Assembly: GCA_963666285.1 (NCBI GenBank)
Contig: OY762711.1
Origin: Sedimentisphaerales bacterium
Lineage (GTDB): Bacteria > Planctomycetota > Phycisphaerae > Sedimentisphaerales > SM23-30
Direction: 5' to 3' (one strand)
DNA length: 64,000 bases
The notes under the pieces are model-generated. The model saw only the letters and a list, made by a program, of their open reading frames with translations, was not told where the DNA came from and made no database searches. Below are positions 51,301-60,893 of this stretch, one piece after another. Each line of letters starts with the position of its first letter. Position 1 is the first letter of the stretch. A program made the translations under genes and the position numbers.

Positions 51301-53225
51301 CTGACACAATCGGTGGCAATAGCCGTGGTATAAGCATCACAGCACAAAATGAGGACAGCTCAAAACCAAAAATTTCAACGGAAATAAGGTTAATATATTC
51401 TCCAGAAAAGATCCCTCTATTACCTGTAAATGCAATGGGATCGTTTACTCTCTCCGAGAAAGAAGCAGAAGAACTAATAAAATACACGAAAAATAATGCT
51501 AGCTGCAGATCAGTAACAGCCCCTAGTATTACAACTATTGATGGAGAGCAAGCAAACCTGAATTTTTCCAAGGAAATTGTTTATGTTTTAGACGGTCAAA
51601 CAATTGCCGAAAAACAAACTGTCGATGAAGGTGTAAACATTGATATTGTCAGCAGCATCGAAGATAATAATTACTTAAATTCTAAGATTGAATATAACCA
51701 TACTTTTCTGGCTAACGAAAATACTGGCGATGTAGCAAGATCAACAATGTCAACAAACCAAAGTATCAAAATAGGACAGACTATTGTCATTGCCAGTATA
51801 ACTTTCAAAGATGGATATATTACAACATTAATCAAACCAGAAATTGCAAAACCTGTCGAGCCGGCGAGTGGAAGCGGTAATATGCCAGGTGGCATGGGCG
51901 GAGGAATGATGGGAGACATGGCTCCTCCTTCCGGAATAGTTGGTGGTATGGTTGAAGGTTTTCAACCTGGCTATAACCACACTATCACCGGACCATCAGT
52001 AAAAACTGAAGTTAGAATTGCCACACTGCCAAACAACTCTGACCTGCTAAAAGAAATAATGCAAAATCCAATTATAGATGATGCCAGGGCAAATGAGATT
52101 ATCAGTCTCACCAAAAAAGATGCAAGAAGCAGACTTCTTACGATGCCATACTGTAGTACACCTGACAACGTTCGGTCCAATTTTTCGTTTGGAGAAACAA
52201 AACTATTTATCACAAATCATATTGCACTTGACAAAAAGTTCGTTAGAGCAGATATAGAATATGAAAATATAGAAACAGGACCAGATGGAATAGCATCTTC
52301 AAACTCAAGTGCAACATCTTTAGTTATCCCTTCTGGCAAGACCTGTATAGTATCAGGCTATAATACTGCTGACTATGCAACACTACTTCTCATTAAAGTC
52401 ACTATCAATGAAGCAGAAGAAACTGCGAAGAAGGAAGCTGATAACCTGGAAGTGGTAAAGATAGAGTTCGTTCCCAATGTAGAAATGGAACAACTGGCAC
52501 AAGGTAAAAATGTACTCTGCTTAAATGTTAAAAACAAAAGCGACAAAGACCGGCTTTTCGCCGTCCATATATACACCCGCTCGCCCGATATGGGACCAGA
52601 CGGCATCGGCTGGGGAACAGTATTTTTTGAAACAATACCCGCCAAACAGACAAAACTGGTCAAAGCTCCATTCAAAATTCAAGGACCCATAACAGACAAT
52701 ACTTATGTCAGGCTCAAATACTACAACCCGGCGTCAGAAGAACAATACGACTATGAAAAACCGTTCCACGAGGAAAAACTTAATGCCGCTAAGATCAATG
52801 CTGTATTTGCAAAAGATAGAACTCCGGGTACTTTATCAAAAACCGAACCTGTTTCAAAAGAACTCACCGAATCCCTTCTAAACTTCCAGGACCTCATCCG
52901 GAACAAAGCCTATGACAAAGCATGGGATATGCTCACAGACGATTACCAGGTTTCCGAATACCAGCACAAAGGGTTAGATCGGTTCCGCAAACACATGGAA
53001 CCGGTTCAACCGTTAGATGATGGGTTCTCATGGAAGAAAGAAACTTTTCTGAATATGAAACCTGCTGCCATGAAAGCTCGCGGCCAGGCTGCCTTCCAAA
53101 ATAAAGCTTATGTATATGCCGAAACTGAAAACGAAAAATGGACTATCGTCTTCCTGCGTGACGAAAACGGTCAATGGAAAATCGACGATATAACCGGCTA
53201 CACTCCGAACGTTGTTAATATGTAG
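48372..53225 (+). CDS. BlaR1-type M56 metallopeptidase sensor with a very large mosaic extracytoplasmic region
   Basis: HFLWQ, AHELAHIKRND, FFHPAVWW, ERENCCD; tandem repeat domains; secretin-like APSITTIDGEQA. Confidence 0.92.
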   Translation: MIMELLHSLIEAELTQRIGWTLIHFLWQAALIGIITTIILSIAKKNSPAARYRIAFSSLYIMVLISLITFKSISIEIPGIDNTNTADIVPLVIADVPINNIPDNEIVHQTPTPIQITTDNNTKEFKFEALTPYIALAWLGGISILSILHIGGWFQLQKLRWQTVKPVAESVKSQMNAYAKTLGISRAVNILESSLVQVPTVIGHFKPIILLPASVISGISSDQIASLLAHELAHIKRNDYLENIVQTGFEILGFFHPAVWWLSKKIRTERENCCDDLAIELSGSRIEYAKALTAMEELRSKQYKLAVAATDGNLYCRIRRLLIEDKNNERITSGIYSAMATLLIMGIILPCAFALATATDEKPDVMPVIVDGAQSYYVNKNVSEFTGPEDLSTPETAYVAICKVHTADDPKEWKRLSEERIAKAIDTSRKPNPNPNWANVCLHAKIREVHIKDDMALVVAELLQDYSDKPIRNPIDLRSFSFQNGKWLNSGNGRVNTIEQARDDFKLSCKLKEEEAKPVFQPEPAEQIQAYEVQKNVSEYTGPEDFSSPETAYVAINRVMATDNTSDWKRVSVQKLAKVFSPSRKANPNANWANVVSNAKIHGVIINGSNAVVIAEFLQEFSDKKIYQPIDARYLELENGKWLNTGQDRFNSIIEAKVKFKNFIDKNKPDNKPGLNIFIDQIDIDNDTPADIIKILGEPEKYMWDNQTFTKDNLPARYVMIYPIHLNVFVTNNYIVELRVEGPGDYIYGNALKFGSSLDEVIKTLGDPDETVTGKANKFKSNTLYKNIDGQDGYCYYAREDKNIRVWLRSNLVMAIYLTRSDYSDGGSGRKTYSAENLPPNSFINEEGHLVDKVNYPFETDPAVIGKWTSVDFVDNIDQFKPKRKHWGGELFLQSITFTDTGDAIYKLDNKQNTNIVVHKWTKGLLLGTNTASKYTVKEINGETYMFYEWKSGDYTIRHMHPCYYVLKKDKNSGIAPDTIGGNSRGISITAQNEDSSKPKISTEIRLIYSPEKIPLLPVNAMGSFTLSEKEAEELIKYTKNNASCRSVTAPSITTIDGEQANLNFSKEIVYVLDGQTIAEKQTVDEGVNIDIVSSIEDNNYLNSKIEYNHTFLANENTGDVARSTMSTNQSIKIGQTIVIASITFKDGYITTLIKPEIAKPVEPASGSGNMPGGMGGGMMGDMAPPSGIVGGMVEGFQPGYNHTITGPSVKTEVRIATLPNNSDLLKEIMQNPIIDDARANEIISLTKKDARSRLLTMPYCSTPDNVRSNFSFGETKLFITNHIALDKKFVRADIEYENIETGPDGIASSNSSATSLVIPSGKTCIVSGYNTADYATLLLIKVTINEAEETAKKEADNLEVVKIEFVPNVEMEQLAQGKNVLCLNVKNKSDKDRLFAVHIYTRSPDMGPDGIGWGTVFFETIPAKQTKLVKAPFKIQGPITDNTYVRLKYYNPASEEQYDYEKPFHEEKLNAAKINAVFAKDRTPGTLSKTEPVSKELTESLLNFQDLIRNKAYDKAWDMLTDDYQVSEYQHKGLDRFRKHMEPVQPLDDGFSWKKETFLNMKPAAMKARGQAAFQNKAYVYAETENEKWTIVFLRDENGQWKIDDITGYTPNVVNM

Positions 53226-53247
53226 AAACAACAATAACCTCCTCTTG

Positions 53248-53283
53248 AAGCAGCTTTGATTTTTTTTCAAAGCTGCTTTTTTC
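53248..53283 (+). terminator. Rho-independent terminator
   Basis: AAGCAGCUUUGA-U7-UCAAAGCUGCUU followed by a U-tract. Confidence 0.75.
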
Positions 53284-53333
53284 ATCCCTTTTACCTCTTA
53301 CTTCTTACCTCTTCCCTCTCTCTTCTCGCTTCT

Positions 53334-54608
53334 TTAAACCACCGCCCCCTCAATCACTTCCAAGGTCTTTTCTATATCAGCTTCACTATGTGCATCGCCA
53401 ATAAAAAACGCCTCAAACTGACTCGGCGGCATAAGAACTCCGCCACTCAGCGTACCGCGATAATATTCGCCAAATTTCTCTGTATCACATGTCGCAGCAT
53501 CTTCATAACTTACAACCGGCTCGTCGGTAAAATATAAACATGCCATCGAACCTACTCGCTGATACTGGTAACTCAATCCTTTCCTATCCAGAATATCTCG
53601 CACTCCCGCCTCCAGCATCGCTCCCATACGCTCCAGATTATTATAAAACTTCAGCATATCCCACTCTATAACCTTCAGAGTCGCCAACCCCGCCGCTACC
53701 GATACCGGGTTACCGCTCAATGTACCTGCCTGGTATACCGGACCCGCCGGTGCCATCATCTCCATTATCTCACGCTTACCGCCAAAAGCGCCCACTGGCA
53801 TACCGCCGCCAATTACCTTACCCAGGGTCGTCAAATCACCCTCCACGCCGTACAACTCCTGCGCACCACCAGGCGCCAACCGAAACCCCGTCATTACCTC
53901 ATCCATTATCAGCAGTATCCCGTTCGCCTCGGTCACCGCCCGCAGCTTCTGCAAAAATCCGTCCACCGGCGGTATCACGCCAGCGTTACCTATTACCGGC
54001 TCAATTATCACCGCCGCTACCTGGTCCGGGTTATTCGCGATCAACTCCTCCACCGAACCGATATCATTAAACTTTGCGATTAGCGTATCTTTTGCCGCTC
54101 CCTCTGTCACACCCGGCGAGTTTGGCACACCCAAAGTCATCGCACCAGAACCGGCCGCCACCAAAAAACTATCTGCATGGCCATGATAACACCCGGCAAA
54201 CTTTATTACCTTATCTCGTTTCGTATAACCCCTCGCCAATCGCAACGCACTCATCGTCGCTTCTGTTCCACTACTCACCAGCCGCAGCATCTCGATACCA
54301 GGAAAGAAATGCATAATCTTCTCTGCCAGACGAATCTCGTTCTCAGTCGCTGTACCGAAACTCAAACCGTAAGTCGCAGCCTCTATCACCGCAGCTATTA
54401 CATCCTCATGCGTATGACCCAGTATAGCTGGGCCCCACGAACCGATATAATCTATATACTCACTACCGTCACTATCCCATATCTTCGAGCCCTTCGCCAA
54501 AACACTAAACACAGGTTCTGCTCCAACACTCTTAAACGCTCGAACCGGACTGTTTACACCGCCCGGCATAACTTTCAACGCTTCTCTATATAACTCACTA
54601 TTACTCAT
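53334..54608 (-). CDS. hemL: Glutamate-1-semialdehyde 2,1-aminomutase
   Basis: MPGGVNSPVRAF, SGTEATMSA, GCYHGH, DEVMTGFR, LGKVIGGG; ATG at 54608 with a GAGGAG RBS. Confidence 0.98.
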   Translation of the reverse strand: MSNSELYREALKVMPGGVNSPVRAFKSVGAEPVFSVLAKGSKIWDSDGSEYIDYIGSWGPAILGHTHEDVIAAVIEAATYGLSFGTATENEIRLAEKIMHFFPGIEMLRLVSSGTEATMSALRLARGYTKRDKVIKFAGCYHGHADSFLVAAGSGAMTLGVPNSPGVTEGAAKDTLIAKFNDIGSVEELIANNPDQVAAVIIEPVIGNAGVIPPVDGFLQKLRAVTEANGILLIMDEVMTGFRLAPGGAQELYGVEGDLTTLGKVIGGGMPVGAFGGKREIMEMMAPAGPVYQAGTLSGNPVSVAAGLATLKVIEWDMLKFYNNLERMGAMLEAGVRDILDRKGLSYQYQRVGSMACLYFTDEPVVSYEDAATCDTEKFGEYYRGTLSGGVLMPPSQFEAFFIGDAHSEADIEKTLEVIEGAVV

Positions 54609-54681
54609 ATTATACTCCTCTATGTTATTTCTTCTAACAGGCACATTTCGACAACCTGTACCTATGTGCTATTCCTGTCAT

Positions 54682-56595
54682 TTAATCCGATAGCTGATCA
54701 CCCGAAACCGGGTTCTCACCTAAATATATCGTCGCGCCTAAATTTACTTTCTCGTTTGCCTTCAGGTCTAGATCAAATCCTATAAATTTAATATCTCTAT
54801 TTTCTGCATCCCAACTATTCTTCGGTTCTGCTGAATATATTTTTAGCAGAACCGGTATTGGCTCTTTACAGTCTTCGCGATAATAAATATACTTGCCGAC
54901 CAGCTTAACCTTCTTATCGCCCTGACTTAAAACTGCTTCATTTTCTGCAACTAAATCTATCTCTGCTTTGGTTGCCATCTGCCAACGAACTGTCACAGGC
55001 TCTTCTCCAACTTCAATTGTATCTCCAATACTTACCTTCGTACCATCAAAATATATACCGCCATTCCTGACAACACTTTTAATTTCACCTGAATATAGAT
55101 CGCTCATGTCAATAAATGCTGACCTAACATTTTTTTTATCAGAAAATAGCAATATCTCACCAAACCCCTTAACATTCTGATACTTACCATTTACCGTCAG
55201 CGTATTATGCGAGGTATTATTATAACGAAATATCTTCCACCTGTCGCTGCCCTGGCTGCTATTCCATAAACTCATTCCAAGCTGCTCGATCTTATTATAA
55301 TTCTCCGGCCCCAGATCCCACGCCCAACGCTCGCCCAAAGCATCCAGCACAAACGAACCGACATCCATATGACCATGATTGCTGCTCGGCGTCCCGCCTT
55401 TTATACCCAGGTACACCGCGTCATCATCCCAACCGCTGCGAAATATCGCAATCGGGTTCCTGCCCTTGGCAACATAAGCCAATTTCTTCGGTTCCCCCCT
55501 CTTATCTGTCTTCCAAAGCAAAGTCAACACACTCGTCCTCTCCTTCACCAGCTCCGTCGGCTTATCATTAATATACTTATCCCACAGCTTATCCTGCCAC
55601 CATGCAACCGAAGCGTCTCCCGTCTTCCTCGCAAACCAGTACACCGTCGGATTAAAGCCGCCCCTGCTCCCGCAATCGGCATAATTCCAATACAGACCGG
55701 TCGGACCCGTTGCAAACAGATAATAATCGGCACTCTTCAAAAAACTATCATTATCACCCAAACCAAAATCAGCGCCCAAAACTGAATCCAGCGCCGCCAG
55801 CATAATCACATTAAATGTTGTGCCATAACTCCAATACCCCGGTCCCTCAGGATACGCTCCGTCCGGCTCATACTCCGCCATCGCCTTCTGAACCTTATTC
55901 ACCGCTCGATGCACAATATACTCAGACAGCTCCTTCTCATCTTCCATCACCGCCAGCGCCCCGCACACCATGCCGCCATGACATACCTGGTTCCAGTTAT
56001 TCTCTGTATTCACCCACCATTGAGACTTACCGTTCCTATCCAAAGATGCCTTCAGACCCTTCTCTACTATCGCACTTTCTATCTTAGCACGCATCGCTTC
56101 ATCCATATCATTATAAAGCCAGTCATAACCAATCGCCAGCGCCGTTGTCATCTCTCCAACATCCAAAAAATGGCTCGGGTTCCAATCACTAAATTCGCTC
56201 ACCGCCAGCATCTCCGCCACACATCTGTCTTTATACTTTTCTTCTCCCGTTACCCGATACGCCCAACTCAACAGCATCACTCGCCCCAATACCTCACGCG
56301 ACACACCCAGCAGCCGTTTACCCGTCAGCTTACGCTCGCTCACTCCCTTCGTCAAATAAGAATCTGCTCTATCAAGCAATGCCTTATTATATTTCGCTAA
56401 ACCACTGTCCTGACCTATCCGCTGTTTCAGTTCCGCCAGCTGATCATTATCAACAAACAACCTCGGATGGCTCTTGCCCGCCTTCGCCATAGCATCTGCT
56501 ACTGTATCTTTAGATATATCATATGCCTTGCCTTCCGTTATTGACACAAAACTGGCGATAACCAATAAACATACTGCTAATAATCTGATTCTCAT
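54682..56595 (-). CDS. Heparinase II/III family (polysaccharide lyase-like) protein
   Basis: Signal peptide; HPRLF, NNWNQVC, YPEGPGYW, NHGHMDVGSF, HNTLTVNG. Confidence 0.88.
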   Translation of the reverse strand: MRIRLLAVCLLVIASFVSITEGKAYDISKDTVADAMAKAGKSHPRLFVDNDQLAELKQRIGQDSGLAKYNKALLDRADSYLTKGVSERKLTGKRLLGVSREVLGRVMLLSWAYRVTGEEKYKDRCVAEMLAVSEFSDWNPSHFLDVGEMTTALAIGYDWLYNDMDEAMRAKIESAIVEKGLKASLDRNGKSQWWVNTENNWNQVCHGGMVCGALAVMEDEKELSEYIVHRAVNKVQKAMAEYEPDGAYPEGPGYWSYGTTFNVIMLAALDSVLGADFGLGDNDSFLKSADYYLFATGPTGLYWNYADCGSRGGFNPTVYWFARKTGDASVAWWQDKLWDKYINDKPTELVKERTSVLTLLWKTDKRGEPKKLAYVAKGRNPIAIFRSGWDDDAVYLGIKGGTPSSNHGHMDVGSFVLDALGERWAWDLGPENYNKIEQLGMSLWNSSQGSDRWKIFRYNNTSHNTLTVNGKYQNVKGFGEILLFSDKKNVRSAFIDMSDLYSGEIKSVVRNGGIYFDGTKVSIGDTIEVGEEPVTVRWQMATKAEIDLVAENEAVLSQGDKKVKLVGKYIYYREDCKEPIPVLLKIYSAEPKNSWDAENRDIKFIGFDLDLKANEKVNLGATIYLGENPVSGDQLSD

Positions 56596-56749
56596 ATTAA
56601 AACCTCACTAAATTTCAACTAATTGCCAAAAAACAATACGACTATTTTACCAACCATTTAAACATTTGTCCAACCTCTATCCGCCAGCCACAAAAACAAT
56701 TCCACCATTACCATTTTACGCCTCATCATTTCTCCCCTCTACCCTTTTA

Positions 56750-56978
56750 CCTCTTACCTCTCACTTCTCTCTTCTCTCTTATTTTGCGTCAGCTTTAAAA
56801 CAATTCGTAAGCCGCCAGGCGAACATCATAATTTTTCATTTTTCACTATTCATTTTTCATTTCCCCTCTTACCTCTCACTTCTCTCTTCTCTCTTATTTT
56901 GCGTCAGCTTTAAAACAAGTCGTGAGCCGCCAGGCGAACACATTAACTCTTCGCTCTTCGTTCTTCACTCTTCACTCA
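56750..56978. repeat. 76-bp direct duplication embedded in pyrimidine heptamer repeats
   Basis: 56750-56825 and 56865-56940 are near-identical and end in GCCGCCAGGCGAACA; flanked by TTTTCAT/TCTTCAC-type 7-mers. Confidence 0.85.
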
Positions 56979-58406
56979 TCAATATTTCCTCCCCAAAGCT
57001 TCATAACTATTGCCAAACCGGTTCACAAAAAAATACCGCAACGCATCTATCAAATGGTCATGCTCGCCATCTTTCTCTGGCATTTCACTTAACCCGCCGT
57101 CTACCTTTTTATACCTCAACATCTGCAGCGCCTTTATCAGCCGCTTACACTTCGGATCTATCAGCAGCCGAACTATCCCATCACCACTCAGTATATAACT
57201 TCTTATCAGCTCTATCCCCTCCAATACCCTGCTCGACCGACTCTCACAACATATTCCAAAACTTACCAGTTCATCCACCACCGAACTGCCCGTTACATCA
57301 TTACGCTGCCGACCAGCCGGGTCACAATAATTTCCTGTTACCGGCCACCGCCATTTCCGCTTAATCATCTGAGCATGTTCCGCTATCGTCTTCCTTACCA
57401 TTACATGCTCGTCCAGCACCTGTACTAAACCGCCTTTCACCTGGATAAGCAAACATACCAGCGGGTTACTATAGCCAAAATCAAAACTGCGGTACAACTC
57501 AGCTCCCGCGTCATAACTCATCCGGTAAACATGTCGATTAATATCAAAGTCGTCAAATACCTGGTCACTTGCCCCTGGACGCAAACACATCATCTCACTC
57601 TGCCACCCGCGACTGCTGCCGCGACGCTTCTGAGAAATCGCGTCATCTATACCAAAGTACCCTTCACAATCCTTCGCCCTACCCCGACAATCCTCCGACA
57701 AATAACATTGAGAACATTCCCTGTCCACACACTTCTCCAATATCTCCATCAGGCACCATCGGAATAACTTGTAGCCTCCCTCTCCCGCACCTTCCACCAG
57801 TTCCGACATCAAACCATAAGGCATATGCATCGTACTCATTGCTTCCAGACGACCGGCCAGGCTTCCCTTACTCTGCGTCACATACTGAGCCGCCTGCCAG
57901 ACACTCCTGTCAAATAGCTCAACCTCATCACAACGTAAACGCTGAACATGTTGACCCCGAACACTGCTCTGCGACTGGGTCAATACCTGAACCGTCGATT
58001 GATTAGAAAACTTACACCCGTTCATCGTTAACTTATCTTTAAGAAATTCTGTATAGTTCATATCCAGCATTTCACGAAAGTAACTATACATCTGCTGAGA
58101 CTGCTGCATAGAACCGCCTAAAATCCTTATATCACAATTAGGATTGAATACACAATCTAGTAAACTTGCTATTGCCCCTAACTTCGTTTTCCCTCCTCCC
58201 CTGTTTGCCCATACTAACACATCGCCCCTTTGGGCGTCTCCTTCCAAAAACACATAACTCAAATAATCCAGCGGACTGTCATGACAGTCACATATTTTCT
58301 TTCCTGGCACACGCACCCCGCAAAATAAATCGCAATACATCGCCAGCTCATCACGATTTTGCGGCCTGTAACACTTGATTTGTTTTTCCGACCCACTCAA
58401 TTGCAT
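56979..58406 (-). CDS. Phage-type terminase large subunit
   Basis: Walker A ANRGGGKT, RGQH..RCDE Walker B, MST coupling motif, nuclease FDFGYSNP..CDPAG..HDHLIDALRY. ATG at 58406 has a GAGGAG RBS (track uses GTG 58415). Confidence 0.88.
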   Translation of the reverse strand: MQLSGSEKQIKCYRPQNRDELAMYCDLFCGVRVPGKKICDCHDSPLDYLSYVFLEGDAQRGDVLVWANRGGGKTKLGAIASLLDCVFNPNCDIRILGGSMQQSQQMYSYFREMLDMNYTEFLKDKLTMNGCKFSNQSTVQVLTQSQSSVRGQHVQRLRCDEVELFDRSVWQAAQYVTQSKGSLAGRLEAMSTMHMPYGLMSELVEGAGEGGYKLFRWCLMEILEKCVDRECSQCYLSEDCRGRAKDCEGYFGIDDAISQKRRGSSRGWQSEMMCLRPGASDQVFDDFDINRHVYRMSYDAGAELYRSFDFGYSNPLVCLLIQVKGGLVQVLDEHVMVRKTIAEHAQMIKRKWRWPVTGNYCDPAGRQRNDVTGSSVVDELVSFGICCESRSSRVLEGIELIRSYILSGDGIVRLLIDPKCKRLIKALQMLRYKKVDGGLSEMPEKDGEHDHLIDALRYFFVNRFGNSYEALGRKY

Positions 58407-58441
58407 TTGTTCCACTCCTCATTCACATGTATAATTAATAT

Positions 58442-58573
58442 ATGACTAATTCAAGTCCTTTGTCTATCTTTGTTAACTGGTGTGCTTCAATGCCGGTCTG
58501 GGTATACCTTCTGGCAATGCTTACCATTATCATAATTGTCGTTTTCCCGACCGTTTGGCGAAAAGACAACTGA
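58442..58573 (+). CDS. Putative 43-aa single-TM peptide
   Basis: MTNSSPLSIFVNWCASMPVWVYLLAMLTIIIIVVFPTVWRKDN; TTGTTC-N17-TATAAT ends 6 nt before the ATG. Confidence 0.45.
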   Translation: MTNSSPLSIFVNWCASMPVWVYLLAMLTIIIIVVFPTVWRKDN

Positions 58574-58744
58574 TTCTTTTCGTTCTTACACCAATTCCAT
58601 AACTATCTATATTCTCATTACTAATACAACAATAACCGATTTCATATCTGTTATTACTCTTCAACAATAAGCTCTATAATAAATACAGGTTTTTCCACTA
58701 GAACAAATTGGTTTTTATCTACCTCAGTAAATACCTTTACTGTA

Positions 58745-59167
58745 TTACTGCTCTTTCACTTTCTGCTCAACATTACTACCCGCTAATTTATACAGCATTT
58801 CACGTGCTTCTTCTTCTGATAATTCACAACCCGGCTGTTGTGTTTCTCCTTCACTCAACTTGATTTTTTTCAATACATCCTGGCATCGGTTTAAAATATC
58901 TACCGCTGCTTTCATCGCAACTTCATCCTTACCGTCAACCAATAGCAATCCAAGTTTGCGAACTGCTTTTACACCATACCCCGCCAACTCTATCTCTGAT
59001 TGCTTAACACACTTTTTGAATAATACTTCCAGATATCTGACAAATTCTTCATTTTCATACAGTTTTACCAGCCTTTCATAGCTCATATTATGAAATCTGC
59101 ACGCTTGACGCTCTTCCAAACCCTCAAATAGCTTGCCCGCTACGTTCATCTCCTGACGTGTCAACAT
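58745..59167 (-). CDS. HTH-containing protein, possible terminase small subunit-like
   Basis: N-terminal HTH-like segment, AVRKL..LL..E..MKAAVDIL pattern; upstream of the large terminase; AGGAG RBS. Confidence 0.5.
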   Translation of the reverse strand: MLTRQEMNVAGKLFEGLEERQACRFHNMSYERLVKLYENEEFVRYLEVLFKKCVKQSEIELAGYGVKAVRKLGLLLVDGKDEVAMKAAVDILNRCQDVLKKIKLSEGETQQPGCELSEEEAREMLYKLAGSNVEQKVKEQ

Positions 59168-59243
59168 AACTCGTTCTCCTTACAAATTAAATTTTCTTTA
59201 CTCTCAACCGTTACCAATCTCCTGAACGCTCCCAAACCTACTC

Positions 59244-59768
59244 CTATCTCTTACCTCTTCCTTCTCGCTTCTCGCTTCTCGCTCCTAACTTCTTCTCTCT
59301 CTCTCTCTTCCACAAATAATAATTCTCTTCCTCTCCAACCTTTGCCATCCCTGCCCTCTCCAGAAAACCGCTCCACCTCCCCATCTTCGCAACCGTATCG
59401 ATAAACCGAACACCCACCATAGGCATCGTCACTCTCACCAGTTTTGTCCCCAAACCCGCACCGCGATACGACGGAGCTATCACAATCCGCGACAATCGCC
59501 GACACTCTCTGTTCAAAACCGTCATCTTCAAACCTTTGTCAAAATGTAAATAATAGTCTGACAAAACCTCATCTCTCATCCGGCAATTTGCTTTCGGATA
59601 CGTATAAACAACTATACCAACCTTTCGCCTTACTTCGCCATAAATATGCAAAAACAAATATACCTTGTCTACAAAATACAATCGCTTATCCGTTCGATAA
59701 TGATACCGCCTGAACAACTCCCAGTCCCTTACCGAACCGCGGACTATCTCATATTCGCCCAACATCAC
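59244..59768 (-). CDS. GNAT family acetyltransferase (Mom-like HY motif)
   Basis: FRRYHYR and LSRIVIAPSYRGAGLGTKLV (acetyl-CoA motif A); overlaps the ATPase stop. Confidence 0.75.
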   Translation of the reverse strand: MMLGEYEIVRGSVRDWELFRRYHYRTDKRLYFVDKVYLFLHIYGEVRRKVGIVVYTYPKANCRMRDEVLSDYYLHFDKGLKMTVLNRECRRLSRIVIAPSYRGAGLGTKLVRVTMPMVGVRFIDTVAKMGRWSGFLERAGMAKVGEEENYYLWKREREKKLGARSEKREGRGKR

Positions 59769-60364
59769 TCAACCTCCAAATACTCCGCCAGCCTGTCATT
59801 CACTCCCGCCAGTACAAAACCAAAACCATATTCCTTCGCCGCCCGGCATATATTAGCACACAAGACCGAACCCGATACTTCATCCAGACTGCTGCAAAAC
59901 TCATCTGCCATTATCAGCTCCGGCCTAATACTCATCGCCAATGCCAGCCGAAACCGAAACTGCTCGCCTACACTCAACATATCATAACTCGCCATCATAA
60001 GGTACACTTCCGACAAACCCACCTTACACAGCCACCCCATAGCCTCGTCCAGCGAAACATCCTTCATACTGTCAACCAGCGAACTCTCTCTATCAAACTC
60101 CAAATCTTCTACGTCACAAACCTTATAGCCATCATCTCGCAGCCGCACCTTCAACTCTCGCATTATCGAGCTCTTTCCCCATCCGCTTCGACCGCAAATG
60201 TATGTAACCTTACCGAGACCGACCTTCACCTTGAATCTCTTTACTACCTCCCGCCTGGTGACCAGCCCGCCAACCCCAAACATCTCCGCTAACTTACTTC
60301 CTCTCACTCCCGCACCTGCCCTCAATTCATAATCAATATCTATCTCATAACTAACCATAACCAT
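59765..60364 (-). CDS. Soluble ABC-type ATPase (COG2401-like N-half)
   Basis: GRSGWGKS, LSVGEQFRFRLA, IMADEFCSSLD; no permease nearby. Confidence 0.85.
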   Translation of the reverse strand: MVMVSYEIDIDYELRAGAGVRGSKLAEMFGVGGLVTRREVVKRFKVKVGLGKVTYICGRSGWGKSSIMRELKVRLRDDGYKVCDVEDLEFDRESSLVDSMKDVSLDEAMGWLCKVGLSEVYLMMASYDMLSVGEQFRFRLALAMSIRPELIMADEFCSSLDEVSGSVLCANICRAAKEYGFGFVLAGVNDRLAEYLEVE

Positions 60365-60488
60365 CTCCTATCCCCATACCAGCGTCAGTCTGTATATGTT
60401 TTATAGCCCGCGATTTCAGCCGTGGGTCAACAGACTTCACAATAATCCATTAACTACTCTCGCCGCCAGACAATCAACTTCCAACTTC

Positions 60489-60893
60489 TCACTGGAAACT
60501 CCTGGCTTCAGCCAAAAGTTTTCTAACCTTATATTCACTCACTCCATATTTACTCGCCAGCTGACGATAACCCGTACCATCAACCAGCTTATCATACAGC
60601 AGCATACCGCCCAGCCCCTTACTCTTCCTCAATCTCAAGACAAACTTAAACGATCGCTTACCCGTCAGCAGTCTCTTCAATCTCGAATAACGCATCGAGA
60701 CCGTTCGACTGCTTGCTCCCGTCAACTCTGCTATTCGATTAAAACTCATCCCGTAACTCAACACCATCTCCAGCAGCAGCCGGTCTTGCCTTCGCAAGAT
60801 CTCCGACCGACGCTGCAGATCCTCAATTTCGGCTCGTGTACCCAATCGGCAATCTTCAAATACCAACTCATCTTCAAACTTCAACCTGCCCAT
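60489..60893 (-). CDS. Double helix-turn-helix (sigma region-4-like) protein
   Basis: GMSFNRIAELTGASSRTVSMR and GTGYRQLASKYGVSEYKVRK; likely ATG at 60893 with a GGAG RBS. Confidence 0.65.
   Translation of the reverse strand: MGRLKFEDELVFEDCRLGTRAEIEDLQRRSEILRRQDRLLLEMVLSYGMSFNRIAELTGASSRTVSMRYSRLKRLLTGKRSFKFVLRLRKSKGLGGMLLYDKLVDGTGYRQLASKYGVSEYKVRKLLAEARSFQ

Noticed and set aside
56750..56940. CRISPR array
   Set aside because: Only two 76-bp copies with a low-complexity spacer, and no cas genes.
56666..57364. 232-aa plus-strand ORF
   Set aside because: It is a translation of heptamer repeats (HFSLFIFHF, HSSL) and antisense terminase sequence; the C-rich strand has few stops.
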